The translations under genes were made by a program, and so were the position numbers. Of a DNA stretch of 56,172 bases, positions 43,749 through 54,315 are shown piece by piece. This stretch comes from Gomphosphaeria aponina SAG 52.96 = DSM 107014 (lineage in GTDB: Bacteria; Cyanobacteriota; Cyanobacteriia; Cyanobacteriales; Gomphosphaeriaceae): the NCBI GenBank assembly GCA_016903655.1, contig JADQBC010000003.1:1-56172 (forward strand), given 5' to 3'. How positions within the stretch are numbered: position 1 is the stretch's first letter; every line of letters starts with the position of its first letter. The notes beneath the pieces were generated by a model. It worked only from the letters and a program-made list of their open reading frames with translations. It was not told where the DNA came from and did not search any database.

Positions 43749-46700
43749 CTAAACCTTAAATTTATCTACGCTTTTTTGTAGCCTTGTTGCTACAGTGATA
43801 ATTTCCTGAAATGACTGGGATACTTGGGTAGCTGAAGTAGCCGTTTGGTTAGAAATGCCTGCAACTTCAGACATGGTTTTAGTGACTTCAGAGGAGGTGA
43901 AGGACTGTTGTACTGCGGCAGCCGCGATCGCTCCGATTAATTTGTTGATCGTCGCCGACACTGCGATGATCTGACTCAGACTCTCTCTCGTCTCCTCTAC
44001 CAGTTTTGTTCCCACTCCCACCTGTTCTTTTCCTGCTTCCATTGCTACTACAACAACCTTGGTTTCTGCTTGTATTTCAGCCACGACTTTTTCAATTTCT
44101 GCAGTTGCTTGAGCTGACTGTCCTGCTAAACTTCTCACTTCATCAGCTACTACTGCAAACCCTCTCCCTTGTTCCCCTGCATGGGCAGCTTCAATAGAAG
44201 CATTTAAAGCCAGTAAATTAGTCTGATCAGCGAAGCTACTAATCAAGTTTACTACTTTGGAGATTTTTTGTGTCGATGCTCCTAAATTTTTGACTTTTTG
44301 GGCTGTTTGGGCCACAGTTTCCCTAATTCCTTCAATCCCCTCTATAGTTCTCATCATTGCTGTTTCCCCTGTTTCTAAGCTTACTGATGCTACGCCCACT
44401 GCGGCTTCTGCTTCTTCGGCGTTGCTCATAATCGCGCTAATAGTTTTATTCATAGCCTTTATTTGTTCAAAAGCTGCCATAATTTCTTCTGACTGTCGTT
44501 TGGCTTCCGCTGACAGGTTAGTTACAGATGCTTCATTCTGGCTGGTGGTGGTTGTGACTTGAATAGCTGCTAATTGAACTTGTGTTACTATTTGGCGCAG
44601 GTTTTCCAAAATGTTGTTGTAGGATTGGGCGATGGTTCCCATTTCATCTTCAGTTACATGGGGACGAATGGTGAGATCCCCTTGACTTACGGGCTCTACT
44701 TCCATAACCAATTCTAATACCCGCTGTTGCAGTCTTTCTTTTTCCGCTCTTTGTTGAGTTTCGGCTTGTCGCAGGGCTGTTAAAAGTTCGACTCGCTCTA
44801 GTGCTAACCCCAGTTGGGTGGCTATCTGGGCAAAAAATTCTGTTTCTGTTTGTTCCCAATTTCTTGGTTCACTACACTGATGGGCAATTAATAACCCTAA
44901 TAATTCTCCTTTAACTAATATGGGAGCAATTAGGTTAGCTTTAACTCCAAAAGGTTCTAATTGCTGTATGTGACAGGGGGTTAATTCTGCTGTATAAATA
45001 TTGTTAATCGCCTGCACCCTTCCCTCTTGATATTTTTTGACATATTTGGCGGCAAAGCAAGGGTCATAAATAGTATTGCCTAATGCTGCTGGCCACCCTT
45101 CACCTACTGACTCAGCCACTATTTCTCCTGACCAATTTTCGTCAAATTGATACACTACTACTCGCTCTGCTTTGAGGGCGATTCTATTTTCATTTACTGC
45201 CATGGCTAATACTTGGTTTTTGTCCATTCCCGCAGCTAGTTTGAGAGCAATATCTTTAAGTAATCTAGCTCTCATTGCTTCTCCTTCTTGTTGTTGGATA
45301 AAGCTTACTCTCTCTAATCCTACTCCCAATTGCCCTGCTAATTGTCGCAGAAAGTTGATTTCGCTTTCTTCCCATTTATGGGGTAATAAACAATGATGGG
45401 TGATTAGTAGTCCGTAAAGTTGCCCCTGATTTAAAATGGGAATAATTAAATTAGCTTTTACTTGTAACTTTTGCATAGATTCTTGATAGTGCGGCTCAAT
45501 AATTTCCCGATTGGGCATAATTCGCCCTTGACGATAACTTGCAATTAATTCTTGGGTAATTTGGGAATTAAATATATTTTCTTTGAGGGCACTTGGCCAT
45601 TGTTTTCCTAATGATTCATGGCTGACATGACCATTGCTACAATCGGAGTTAAAACTGTAAATTAACATTCGATCTGCCCCCAGCATTTTCCGCGCTTCTT
45701 CGATAGCGGCTGTAAAGACCATTTCTAAGTCTTCTGTTTTCAGGGTGGGAGCGCCACTTACCTCTGCCAATAAACGCGATCGCTCTGTTTCTTGCCGCAA
45801 TTTTTTCTCGTTACCTTCAATTCTTCTTGCTAGGAAGTTAAAACTTTCTGCTAATTCCCCAATCTCGTCTTCCCCAACTATATCCGCTCTCACTAAACGC
45901 TCTCCCCCAGCATATTTTTGCGTCACTTTTTTTAACTTTTCTATTGGCACTGCTATGGTTTTCCCTAACAAAAATGCTAAAAAGAAATCTATAATTAATG
46001 CTAATCCTGCTATGCCTAATTGTAAGAATAAACTATTTAACAATAAGCTATTGAGTTGGTTTTCTGGTGTTCCTCTGACTAAAATTGCTACTGGTTTTCC
46101 CTGATAATTAATGATACTTTTTGCGGCTAAAGTATAATTAGTTCCTGCTACTTTTCCTCGCCCCGTAACTACTTTTTCTGGTTTTTTGATAGCTTTTTCT
46201 AATAAGGTGGTGTTGGTTAAAGGCACAAGTTCGGTGATTTTTCCTTCCTCTTGTTTGAGGGCGGTTGCTAATTGAAAATTTTCTGCTTCATAACTATATA
46301 CCCCACTATATCCTTCCCCAGTTTGCTCTTCTCCTTCATAGCGATAAATCACGCTATATCCCCCTGCAAATGCTTCTATAGTTTTTTCCACAATGGCTAG
46401 TTTTACATCTACTATATCCCCTGAAACTAGCGCCCCAATTACTTCTCCTGTTGCTGGATTTTTCACCGATGTAACTGTATATCTAATCAAAGCATTTCTT
46501 GTCCCAAAATTTTCTGGCAGTGGGGGTGATTCTTTTGCCAATTCTTCCCATTTGACAATTTCACTGGTTTTGATTTGTTGGGGTTTTTCCAGTACTTCCT
46601 GTACTAAATTATTGGGATTAAATACTTCGCCGCTTCTGTTTTTATTCCCATTCACAATTATCTTTAAGTCTTTCCCCACTAAAGCTGCATATTCTATTTC

Positions 46701-47147
46701 TCTTGCCTTAATTTCATTGTGCAGAATTTCTCTTACTTGCTTTTGCAATGCTGGAGCTAGTGGTTTACCTTCTGCTTGCGTTAATGCTGCTTCAATAATT
46801 GCTGCATTATCAGATTGTCCTCGAAAGCCAAACCCCATCTGGTCGATTTTTATATTATAATTAATCTGGGTAACTACTAACTCAGATTTGGCTTGTTGCA
46901 GTAGTTGCACTCTTCCCCCAGTCACAATTAAAATTGCCCCTACTCCCACTAACCCAACAATAGAAATTACTTCAGAAGTCAATAATGCCGCTAGTTGTTT
47001 TTTGCGGATGGGGAGATCAACAAACCACTTTTTTAATCCCTTTAATACCTGATTTTTTTGACGGTTTAGGGTTGGGGGAAAATTAACCAACTCTTTCTCT
47101 TCTGTCTTCTGGTCTTGAGCTTTTGGTTTAGTATAAGTATCAGTCAT
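43749..47147 (-). CDS. Cyanobacteriochrome MCP paralog: periplasmic domain-HAMP-degenerate GAF-GAF(DPCF/CH)-MCP signalling domain
   Basis: YDPCF...TPCH motif and [31 protein letters not shown]. Confidence 0.9.
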   Translation of the reverse strand: MTDTYTKPKAQDQKTEEKELVNFPPTLNRQKNQVLKGLKKWFVDLPIRKKQLAALLTSEVISIVGLVGVGAILIVTGGRVQLLQQAKSELVVTQINYNIKIDQMGFGFRGQSDNAAIIEAALTQAEGKPLAPALQKQVREILHNEIKAREIEYAALVGKDLKIIVNGNKNRSGEVFNPNNLVQEVLEKPQQIKTSEIVKWEELAKESPPLPENFGTRNALIRYTVTSVKNPATGEVIGALVSGDIVDVKLAIVEKTIEAFAGGYSVIYRYEGEEQTGEGYSGVYSYEAENFQLATALKQEEGKITELVPLTNTTLLEKAIKKPEKVVTGRGKVAGTNYTLAAKSIINYQGKPVAILVRGTPENQLNSLLLNSLFLQLGIAGLALIIDFFLAFLLGKTIAVPIEKLKKVTQKYAGGERLVRADIVGEDEIGELAESFNFLARRIEGNEKKLRQETERSRLLAEVSGAPTLKTEDLEMVFTAAIEEARKMLGADRMLIYSFNSDCSNGHVSHESLGKQWPSALKENIFNSQITQELIASYRQGRIMPNREIIEPHYQESMQKLQVKANLIIPILNQGQLYGLLITHHCLLPHKWEESEINFLRQLAGQLGVGLERVSFIQQQEGEAMRARLLKDIALKLAAGMDKNQVLAMAVNENRIALKAERVVVYQFDENWSGEIVAESVGEGWPAALGNTIYDPCFAAKYVKKYQEGRVQAINNIYTAELTPCHIQQLEPFGVKANLIAPILVKGELLGLLIAHQCSEPRNWEQTETEFFAQIATQLGLALERVELLTALRQAETQQRAEKERLQQRVLELVMEVEPVSQGDLTIRPHVTEDEMGTIAQSYNNILENLRQIVTQVQLAAIQVTTTTSQNEASVTNLSAEAKRQSEEIMAAFEQIKAMNKTISAIMSNAEEAEAAVGVASVSLETGETAMMRTIEGIEGIRETVAQTAQKVKNLGASTQKISKVVNLISSFADQTNLLALNASIEAAHAGEQGRGFAVVADEVRSLAGQSAQATAEIEKVVAEIQAETKVVVVAMEAGKEQVGVGTKLVEETRESLSQIIAVSATINKLIGAIAAAAVQQSFTSSEVTKTMSEVAGISNQTATSATQVSQSFQEIITVATRLQKSVDKFKV

Positions 47148-47486
47148 GGCAGTTAATTGTTAATGGTTAACCAATTGGGATTTATTGTAACTCAATTATT
47201 CTCTGTTTGGCTAAGTGAGTTGAGAATTTCTCAGATAAAGTTGGTAACTTTAATCACAGATTTTTGACCAGGTAGATACTTAGTAGCGAATTTGACCAAT
47301 GTTTGGTGTTCAATGAACATAAAACTGGGAAAAAATTGCTCAGAATGTGGCAAAAAAAAAAATAAAGTGATTGAGAACACCAAAAAACTGTAAGCGATCT
47401 TCCGTGATTTAGGCAAAGGACGGGGGTGCATTTTTCCAGCAAAATGTCACAATAAAAAAAAGACAAAAAAAGGAGAACAGCACCCC

Positions 47487-47888
47487 ATGAGAATGTTGCA
47501 CACAATGCTCCGTGTTGGCAATTTAGAAGAATCCCTCAAATTTTACTGTGATATCCTGGGAATGAAATTATTGCGCCAAAAAGACTACCCAGGAGGAGAA
47601 TTTACCCTGGCTTTTGTCGGTTATGGAGATGATTCGGACCACACAGTAATTGAATTAACCTATAATTGGGGCGTGGAGCAATATGACTTGGGAAATGGTT
47701 ACGGTCACATTGCCCTGGGGGTAGATGATATTTACGCAACTTGTGACAAAATCAAAGCCCTTGGGGGTAAAATTACCAGAGAACCAGGTCCGATGAAACA
47801 CGGTTCCACAGTAATTGCCTTTGTAGAAGATCCCAACGGCTATAAAATTGAATTAATTCAAATCAAAACCGCCCCCGTCCCCTCCTAG
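47487..47888 (+). CDS. gloA: Lactoylglutathione lyase
   Basis: [19 protein letters not shown] and [10 protein letters not shown] motifs. Confidence 0.97.
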   Translation: MRMLHTMLRVGNLEESLKFYCDILGMKLLRQKDYPGGEFTLAFVGYGDDSDHTVIELTYNWGVEQYDLGNGYGHIALGVDDIYATCDKIKALGGKITREPGPMKHGSTVIAFVEDPNGYKIELIQIKTAPVPS

Positions 47889-47911
47889 GGGCGGGTTTAG
47901 CCATAAATTGT

Positions 47912-48088
47912 GTGCAAGCAAAAACCTCACTAAAGTTTAGTAAACTTTAGCAACCCTTCACTTGCTCTGGCTCATTTAACGTTATTTGGGTCATAATACC
48001 TGCAAGTGCATAATGCCAGCTTGTAGCTCTGTTGCTAATAGTTAAACAGGTGAGAAGCTCAGGTTTTTTAAGCCAGTGCTACAGCGAC
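47912..48088 (+). ncRNA. omegaRNA/HEARO scaffold, 3'-truncated (copy A)
   Basis: ACGTTATTTGGGTCATAATACC..TGC..GCCAG..GCTCT..TTAAACAG..CCAGTG pattern; stems CTGCAAG/CTTGTAG and GTTGCT/AGCGAC. Confidence 0.78.
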
Positions 48089-48381
48089 GCAACCATTATT
48101 AATAAAAGCTTGTGGTCACGGTTTCCAACAGATGACAAATGTAAACAAATACGGTTTTCCTCGCTCCAAAGCTAAACAAAAGCCTTTTGGAGGTTGGAAA
48201 ACTGGAGACATTGTTTTGCTAATTACTAAAAAGAGGGAAATCTATGTTAACCGATTACTAGCAACTAATAATCCTAGTGCATTTGAGATAAGAGTTAACG
48301 GTAAGAGAATTAAAGCCCACCCCAAAACAAATACACTAATTAAGGTGTTTGCGCTTAGATGGCTACTCTTACACGTTTTAG
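48087..48381 (+). pseudogene. iscB: IscB C-terminal fragment with frameshift
   Basis: TQPLLIKACGHGFQQMTNVNKYGFPRSKAK...WKTGDIV; terminal DGYSYTF* in the +1 frame (48358-48381); no PLMP, RuvC or HNH. Confidence 0.8.
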
Positions 48382-48493
48382 AGAGGTTTAGTAAAGTTTA
48401 GTAAGGTTTAGTAAACTATTTTGCTATCTAGTCGCACCTCTCCCCTAATTGAAATTCAACGGGACTTTAGCGTGAGGTTTTTGCTTGCACCAC

Positions 48494-49321
48494 TTACTTA
48501 TAACCATTAGAACCTTGATAAATCCGTTGTTTTTGCTCCAAACTGATGTGACTCCCCACAGGTAAACGTGGATTATCTGCATACTCCTCCTTGACTCGAG
48601 GAGGAGAGGAAGGGATTGACTCATGGTCTACAGTAAAAGGAGAGTGGTGACGGATAAAATTATTACCATGGAGACTGTACTCATGTTCTGGGAGAGACAA
48701 ACGACTGTGGGGAAAGACAAAATCATGGACTACAGGGTCATAAGCTAATACTTCCCCACTCTCAATGCGATAGATCCAGCCATGAAGGGCCAATTTTCCT
48801 TGACGCACTTTGGAGCGAATAACTGGATAAGTATGAAGGTTTTCTAACTGATTAAGAACATTCTCCGCTACAGTAAGTTCTAACAGTTCCATCCCCTCAA
48901 AATCACCATAATTATCCTTCACTAACCGCCGCGTAGCTTCCGCTTGTTTCAGCCACTCATACACCAAAGGCATTTCTGCTGCCAAACTTTCCAATTTCAA
49001 TAAACCTTTCATCGCCCCACAATGGGAGTGACCACAAACAATTACTTGCTCAATCTCTAAATGATGTATAGCATATTCCACTGCTGCCCCTTCTCCCCCA
49101 TTGGTAGCCCCAAAAGGCGGTATAATATTCCCAGCATTGCGAATTACAAACAATTCCCCCACTTCCGCTTGGGTAATTAAATTAGGGTCAATGCGAGAGT
49201 CAGAGCAAGTAATAAACAAAATCCTGGGTTGTTGACCGTGAGATAATTCTTCAAATAGTTCTTTATGAGAACTGTAGTAACCTGTCTGAAACTTTTGCAG
49301 ACCATCAATTAATTTTTTCAT
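48494..49321 (-). CDS. ccaA: Beta carbonic anhydrase, carboxysomal CcaA/IcfA type
   Basis: CSDSR, RNAGN and HSHCGAM motifs; C-terminal extension ending in QRIYQGS. Confidence 0.9.
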   Translation of the reverse strand: MKKLIDGLQKFQTGYYSSHKELFEELSHGQQPRILFITCSDSRIDPNLITQAEVGELFVIRNAGNIIPPFGATNGGEGAAVEYAIHHLEIEQVIVCGHSHCGAMKGLLKLESLAAEMPLVYEWLKQAEATRRLVKDNYGDFEGMELLELTVAENVLNQLENLHTYPVIRSKVRQGKLALHGWIYRIESGEVLAYDPVVHDFVFPHSRLSLPEHEYSLHGNNFIRHHSPFTVDHESIPSSPPRVKEEYADNPRLPVGSHISLEQKQRIYQGSNGYK

Positions 49322-49466
49322 CGACTTTTTCTTACTTCGAGATGCTCAATTTTACCCCTGGTCTAACCCCAAAGTAAATACCCTAAAAATTGTGTAGTTG
49401 AGGTTAAAGAAATTTTGGTTCTGATATTTGGCATAAACACTCTCTTGCTCACAAGTTAATTTTAAC

Positions 49467-50504
49467 ATGATTCAAATTCTTTTAGTTGTGGTTATTGTCT
49501 TGTCTGGTTCTGCAATCTGTTCTGCCTCAGAAACAGCATTATTTTCCGTTTCTGAACTCAAAGTTAGACAGTTAGCCCAATCAAAAACCCCCGCAGCTTT
49601 AGCACTGTTAGAAATTCGCCAACACATGAACCGCCCCATCACAACCATAGTGGTTTTAAACAATATTTTTAATATCATTGGCAGCATTGTCATCGGTGGT
49701 TTAGCCACTGATATTTTAGGGGATGCTTGGTTAGGTTTATTCTCTGGTATGCTCACATTTTTAATCATTGTCTTTGGAGAAATTCTCCCCAAAACTATCG
49801 GAGAAAGATATGGGGAAAAAATAGCAATTCTGATCGCTCTACCTGTTAAATTTTTAACTCTCATCTTTACCCCCATTGTCTGGGTAATGGAAAAAGTAAC
49901 AGCTCCATTTACTCAAGGGGAAAAACTCCCCACCACCAACGAAGCAGAAATCAGACTTTTAGCCCGAATAGGTCATAAAGAAGGAGCAATTGAAGATGAC
50001 GAAGCAGAAATGATTCAGCGAGTCTTCCAGTTAAATGATTTGACTGCTGCTGATTTAATGACTCCACGAATTATTATCACTTATCTTCGTGGTAATTCAA
50101 CTTTAGCTGAGTGCCGACAAGAGATAATCGCCTCCCAACATACCCGCATTTTAGTGATAGAAGATTCCATCGACCATGTATTAGGCATTTGCTTAAAAGA
50201 TGAATTACTCACCGCCATGATTGAAGGGAAAAATGAGCAGAAAATTAGGAATTTAACTCGCCCTGCTAAATTTGTCCCAGCAACTGTCAGCTCTGATAAA
50301 CTTCTCAAAAACTTCCAACAAACTCACGAACATTTAATGGTGGTCTTAGATGAATATGGGGGAGTTTCAGGGGTGGTGAGTTTGGAGGATGTGCTAGAAG
50401 TTTTAACAGGAGAAATTGTTGACGAAACCGATCAAGTAATTGATCTCCAACAAATAGCCCGCAAACGCCGAGAACGTCTTTTACAATCAATGGAGAATGG
50501 TTGA
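49467..50504 (+). CDS. CNNM/DUF21-CBS (hemolysin-family) protein
   Basis: SASETALFS, FGEILPK, MTPR and LDEYGG...LEDVLE.LTGEI motifs. Confidence 0.92.
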   Translation: MIQILLVVVIVLSGSAICSASETALFSVSELKVRQLAQSKTPAALALLEIRQHMNRPITTIVVLNNIFNIIGSIVIGGLATDILGDAWLGLFSGMLTFLIIVFGEILPKTIGERYGEKIAILIALPVKFLTLIFTPIVWVMEKVTAPFTQGEKLPTTNEAEIRLLARIGHKEGAIEDDEAEMIQRVFQLNDLTAADLMTPRIIITYLRGNSTLAECRQEIIASQHTRILVIEDSIDHVLGICLKDELLTAMIEGKNEQKIRNLTRPAKFVPATVSSDKLLKNFQQTHEHLMVVLDEYGGVSGVVSLEDVLEVLTGEIVDETDQVIDLQQIARKRRERLLQSMENG

Positions 50505-50648
50505 TGGTTGATAGTTGATGGTTGATGGTTGATGGTTGATAGTTGATAGTTGATGGAGAATGGTTGATAGTTGATAGTTGATGGTTGATGGTTGATGGTT
50601 GATGGAATACAATTATCTATCAAATATGAACTATGAACCATCCAACCA
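50497..50648. repeat. STRR tract (TGGTTGA/TAGTTGA)n with a short inverted tail
   Basis: Between convergent genes; supplies the CNNM stop codon. Confidence 0.92.
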
Positions 50649-51635
50649 TTATCCATCAAGCACCTGAGTTTGCCCAGTAGTGACAGCAAAGCGAGCAGCA
50701 TCAGCAACTAAGAGGGCATAATAACTAGCAGAAGGGGAGACATATAAAGGTTTGCCCTCCCATAAATAATCTAAAACCATCTCAGTATCTTGCACAAACA
50801 AACCCCGACGAGGAACAACTTCAATAGGAGTTATTTCCTCACCCCGCACTAAAGTACCCTTTTCCCCCGCAAAAATTAAAGTTCCCTCATCGCCATGTAA
50901 CTCAAAAGTCCGATCGCCTTGCCAAAAATTTTCCCCTTTGCCATAGATTACATCTGCAATCAACCCATTAGTAAAACCCAGTTGCGCAGCACAAAGACAG
51001 GAGGTATAGTATCCAGACTCAGGAGCATCCCAAAAACGTGCTTGACAGTTAACAGTAGCCACACTCCCAAATAAATCAGTAAGACGATGAATACGGGAAA
51101 CTGCTGCAGTCAAAGGAAACCCAAACAACTCCTGGTGATAAGTCCAGCGACGCGGGGCAGGGCGCTGAGGAGTTATAGTACTATAACGAGCATAAAAAAC
51201 CTTGCCAATGGCTGGCAAATACTGACGGATTGCTTGATGGACACCTCCCAACAACTCGATATGTTCCACGTGCAGCAGTTTATTTTGCTTTTGGGCTAAA
51301 CTCATCAAAGCTGCTGCTTCTCTCAAGTTGAGACTGAGGGGATATTCCACCACCACGTGCTTAAGTGCTTCGAGGGCTGCACGGGCAATAGTACCATGAT
51401 CTCGATTTACCGTACAAATAACGATTAAATCCAAATTAGAATCATTAACCAACTGCTGCCAAGAGTTAACAGCAGGTACAGAGTAAGTTTGACAGAAAGT
51501 GGCTAAATTTTCTGGACTATTGCCACTCACAGCTAATAAAACACTTCGCGGCGAATCTTGTAACGCTTTTGCTCTTTGACTAGCAGCATATCCTGTCCCA
51601 ACTAAACCCACCTTCAATGGCTCTGTGAAAGTCAT
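50649..51635 (-). CDS. bvdR: Biliverdin reductase (Gfo/Idh/MocA family)
   Basis: VGTGYAA, KHVVVEYPL, LHVEHIELLGGVHQAI and RWTYH..LFGFP motifs; ATG 51635 after AGGAG. Confidence 0.88.
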   Translation of the reverse strand: MTFTEPLKVGLVGTGYAASQRAKALQDSPRSVLLAVSGNSPENLATFCQTYSVPAVNSWQQLVNDSNLDLIVICTVNRDHGTIARAALEALKHVVVEYPLSLNLREAAALMSLAQKQNKLLHVEHIELLGGVHQAIRQYLPAIGKVFYARYSTITPQRPAPRRWTYHQELFGFPLTAAVSRIHRLTDLFGSVATVNCQARFWDAPESGYYTSCLCAAQLGFTNGLIADVIYGKGENFWQGDRTFELHGDEGTLIFAGEKGTLVRGEEITPIEVVPRRGLFVQDTEMVLDYLWEGKPLYVSPSASYYALLVADAARFAVTTGQTQVLDG

Positions 51636-51874
51636 TTGTCTCCTGTAAGTAAAAATCATCCCTGAATTTGACTCAGCCCTGCCACAGGCCTAAAAAGTAC
51701 ATATAAGGCGCGTAGGAAAATAGATAGCCCTATCCCCCGCTACACCCCACATTATACCCCTACTAGCCCCCCTCGGCAACTATTAGCCCCAGATCGCATG
51801 ACCTATCATATACGCTATCCTAGAATCCTTATCTAGCCTCTCTACTGATATACTATAAAATAGCATATAGCGAA

Positions 51875-52405
51875 AGTCTTGTCAAAATTAAGATATAATA
51901 GAAAAAAATTAGGAGCAAAATGTTATATTTATGAAACACTAAAAGTTAAAAAACTTAAGAAATAAGGATTTCAAACGCTGGTGTGAATTTCAGCACATTT
52001 TCAGAAATGGTACTTTTGGTAAAAGAGCAGATTTTAAGAACTAATGAAAACGGAATAATCCCAATAAATCAACCTATTCTATTTGTAAAAAATACAACTA
52101 GAAATACCAACAAAGAAACAAATAAAATTTTATAGGGGGAAAAAACACAGCATACTATACGATGAAACAGAAATATTAGTAGATAAGGGATAGGAAGGAA
52201 TAAATAAATTTAATAGTAATAGTAAAATACCTTTGAAGAAAACCAAAAGGAAAAAACTAAGTAAAGATAAAAATCTTTAGGATTTTATCTATACAGAAAT
52301 AGAAGGAGAAAGCTTGGATTAAGATTTAATTTTATCCCTGGGATTTATAATTATGAGTTAAAACTTCAACTTACATGAGTAGAAAATAATTAGTTTCGCC
52401 AAAGT
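51875..52405 (+). pseudogene. Heavily decayed IS5-family (ISL2-like) transposase remnant
   Basis: Fragments MKH*KLKNLRNKDFKRWC, TFSEMV, KKQIKFYRGK, NSKIPLKK and YRNRRRKLGLRFNFIPGIYNYEL across frames. Confidence 0.72.
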
Positions 52406-52435
52406 TATAATGATTAAAGGTAGAGTGTTTTTTTG

Positions 52436-52568
52436 TTAAGTAGGTAGGCAAAATTATTTATACAATTTCTTACGGGGCGGGCCAGCGGGATCACCTATGT
52501 TGCACAACAAAAATTTATTTTTCAAAACCCGCCCTCACCCATGTAATTAATTTTGTCTAATTACTTAA
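52436..52568. mobile_element. 133-bp TTAA-bounded MITE-like element
   Basis: Ends TTAAGTAGGTAGGCAAAATTA and TAATTTTGTCTAATTACTTAA; inverted copy at 22075-22207. Confidence 0.82.
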
Positions 52569-52651
52569 CAAGGGGCGGGATCGCCGCCCGTACCTCAAGA
52601 CTCAGAGAAAATATATCAAATAAAAAAAGAAAACAGGATCAGGAGGCAGTA

Positions 52652-54118
52652 ATGACAGAAAAAATTAGCTCCCAATGGGATGCAGGTAGGTTATTTAAAA
52701 CCCTAACCTACTTTGAGGTTATCCCTTTTCTTAGTTGTTTGCAAAGCATATTTACAGGTAAGGAAAAACAGAAAAACCCAAATGGAGGAAAAATGGAAGT
52801 TATTCTAGTAGTTGGAGCAACTGGTGGAGTAGGTAAGCGAGTTGTGCGTCTTCTTCTGGAAAAAGGTTATCGAGTACGCGCTTTAGTGAGAGATGCTGCA
52901 AAAGCTAGGGAAATGTTGGGTGAAAAAGTAGAACTTTTTGCAGCAGATATCACTATTCCTGAAACTCTCACCCCCCAATTGATGAATCATGTTACCACAG
53001 TAATTTGTTGTACTGGAACTAGAGTTCAACCAGTGGAAGGAGACACTCCCAATCGAGAAAAATACTATCAAGGAATTAAATTTTATCTTCCCGAAGTGGT
53101 GGATACTCCAGAAATGGTGGAATATGAGGGGATCAAAAACCTGATTCAAGTTGTCGGGAAAAAATTGCGCCAGGGAGAAAAAATGCTATTTGACTTTACT
53201 AACCCCACAGAAGATATTAAGGAAACTTGGGGTGCAGTGGATGATGTGGTGATGGGTGGAGTGAGTGCAAGCAGTATCCGTTTAGTAAATAATAAAGCAA
53301 TTTTTGCTGGGGTTGTTTCCACAGAAAATAATGGGGGTTTTGCTTCAGTACGCACCCGTAATTTTAACCCACCTTGGGACTTATCTAATTATGAAGGGAT
53401 TGAGTTGCGAGTTGCAGGAGATGGTAAACGCTATAAGTTTATTACTCGCTGCTCCCAAAGATGGGATGGGATTGGCTATTGTTATTCCTTTGATACATTA
53501 TATCATTGTGACCTGACGATTCGGATTCCTTTTGCTGATTTAATTCCCATATTTCGTGCCAAAACTGTACCTAATGCAGGGAATTTTGATGCTAGTAAAG
53601 TTTATTCTCTGCAGTTAATGTTGAGTAAATTTGAATATGATGGGGGACTTAATCCTAAATTTCAAGCGGGAGCTTTTGGTTTAGAAATATTATCAATTAA
53701 AGCTTATGGTGGGAAACCTACACCTCAGTTTGTGATGGTTAGTTCCGCTGGGGTTACTCGTCCTGGTCGTCAGGGAATTAATTTGGCTGAAGAACCACCT
53801 GCGGTAAGAATGAATGACCAGTTGGGGGGTATTCTCACTTGGAAGTTGCGCGGCGAAGATGTGGTGCGTGGTAGTGGATTGAGTTATACAATTGTGCGTC
53901 CCTGTGCTTTAACAGAAAAACCAGGGGGGCAATTGTTATATGTGGAACAAGGAGATAATATGAGGGGACAAGTGAGTCGCGAAGCAGTGAGTGAGTTGTG
54001 TGTGGAGGCGATCGCTCTTCCTGCTGCTTGCAACAAAACTTTTGAAGTAAGAGAAGAAGAACTCAAAGGTCAAACAAATTGGGCAAATCTTTTTCAGAAT
54101 TTACAAGAAGATAAATAG
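52652..54118 (+). CDS. NAD(P)-binding protein with inserted CIA30 domain
   Basis: VGATGGVG, DDVVMGGVS, NNGGFASVR and YTIVRP motifs; ATG 52652 after AGGAGG. Confidence 0.9.
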   Translation: MTEKISSQWDAGRLFKTLTYFEVIPFLSCLQSIFTGKEKQKNPNGGKMEVILVVGATGGVGKRVVRLLLEKGYRVRALVRDAAKAREMLGEKVELFAADITIPETLTPQLMNHVTTVICCTGTRVQPVEGDTPNREKYYQGIKFYLPEVVDTPEMVEYEGIKNLIQVVGKKLRQGEKMLFDFTNPTEDIKETWGAVDDVVMGGVSASSIRLVNNKAIFAGVVSTENNGGFASVRTRNFNPPWDLSNYEGIELRVAGDGKRYKFITRCSQRWDGIGYCYSFDTLYHCDLTIRIPFADLIPIFRAKTVPNAGNFDASKVYSLQLMLSKFEYDGGLNPKFQAGAFGLEILSIKAYGGKPTPQFVMVSSAGVTRPGRQGINLAEEPPAVRMNDQLGGILTWKLRGEDVVRGSGLSYTIVRPCALTEKPGGQLLYVEQGDNMRGQVSREAVSELCVEAIALPAACNKTFEVREEELKGQTNWANLFQNLQEDK

Positions 54119-54188
54119 CAGTTATGGGGTGGCTCTTGAGTGTGATACTCATGATTAAATGAGGACTATGATGAGATTATGGTTTTTG

Positions 54189-54213
54189 TAGTCATATTTT
54201 TATAATATGACTA
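54189..54213. promoter_or_regulatory. Operator-like 10-5-10 inverted repeat overlapping TATAAT
   Basis: TAGTCATATT-TTTAT-AATATGACTA. Confidence 0.5.
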
Positions 54214-54315
54214 TTTAATAAATAATAATAATCTACAAAAAACTAATTGGGCGGCCTGGTTGCTAGTAGTAGCTATTTTCCTAGTCTTATTCGGCAGGAA
54301 ATTGTGGCGGAGTAT

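Larger units (their letters stand above)
47912..48490 (+). mobile_element. Internally deleted IscB/OMEGA element with perfect 19-bp terminal inverted repeats
   Basis: GTGCAAGCAAAAACCTCAC at 47912-47930 and its reverse complement at 48472-48490; contains an omegaRNA 5' part and an IscB C-terminal fragment. Confidence 0.8.
484..54014. repeat. HIP1 octamer GCGATCGC, dispersed (about 30 copies by eye)
   Basis: Examples at 484-491, 1213-1220, 1822-1829; cyanobacterial signature. Confidence 0.9.

Noticed and set aside
48132..48401. 89-aa ORF as an intact protein
   Set aside because: It is a frameshifted IscB fragment; homology extends upstream of the ATG and ends in another frame
48385..48416. 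Possible CRISPR-like repeats next to iscB
   Set aside because: 10-bp units with no spacers; no repeat-spacer array is visible anywhere in the window
51660..51870. Strand-skewed C-rich region upstream of bvdR as a riboswitch or ncRNA
   Set aside because: No recognisable RNA family motif or convincing stem set
52435..52569. GTTAAGT...ACTTAAC resembles integron core sites
   Set aside because: The order is opposite to attC (RYYYAAC...GTTRRRY), and there is no integrase or cassette array
52553..52651. N-terminal extension of the CIA30 protein
   Set aside because: Starts inside the mobile element; a better ATG with AGGAGG is at 52652
1202..54066. Many short antisense or overlapping ORFs in the track (for example 1202-1438, 36406-37032, 40689-41162, 46393-46860)
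   Set aside because: Shadow frames of well-supported genes with no independent motifs
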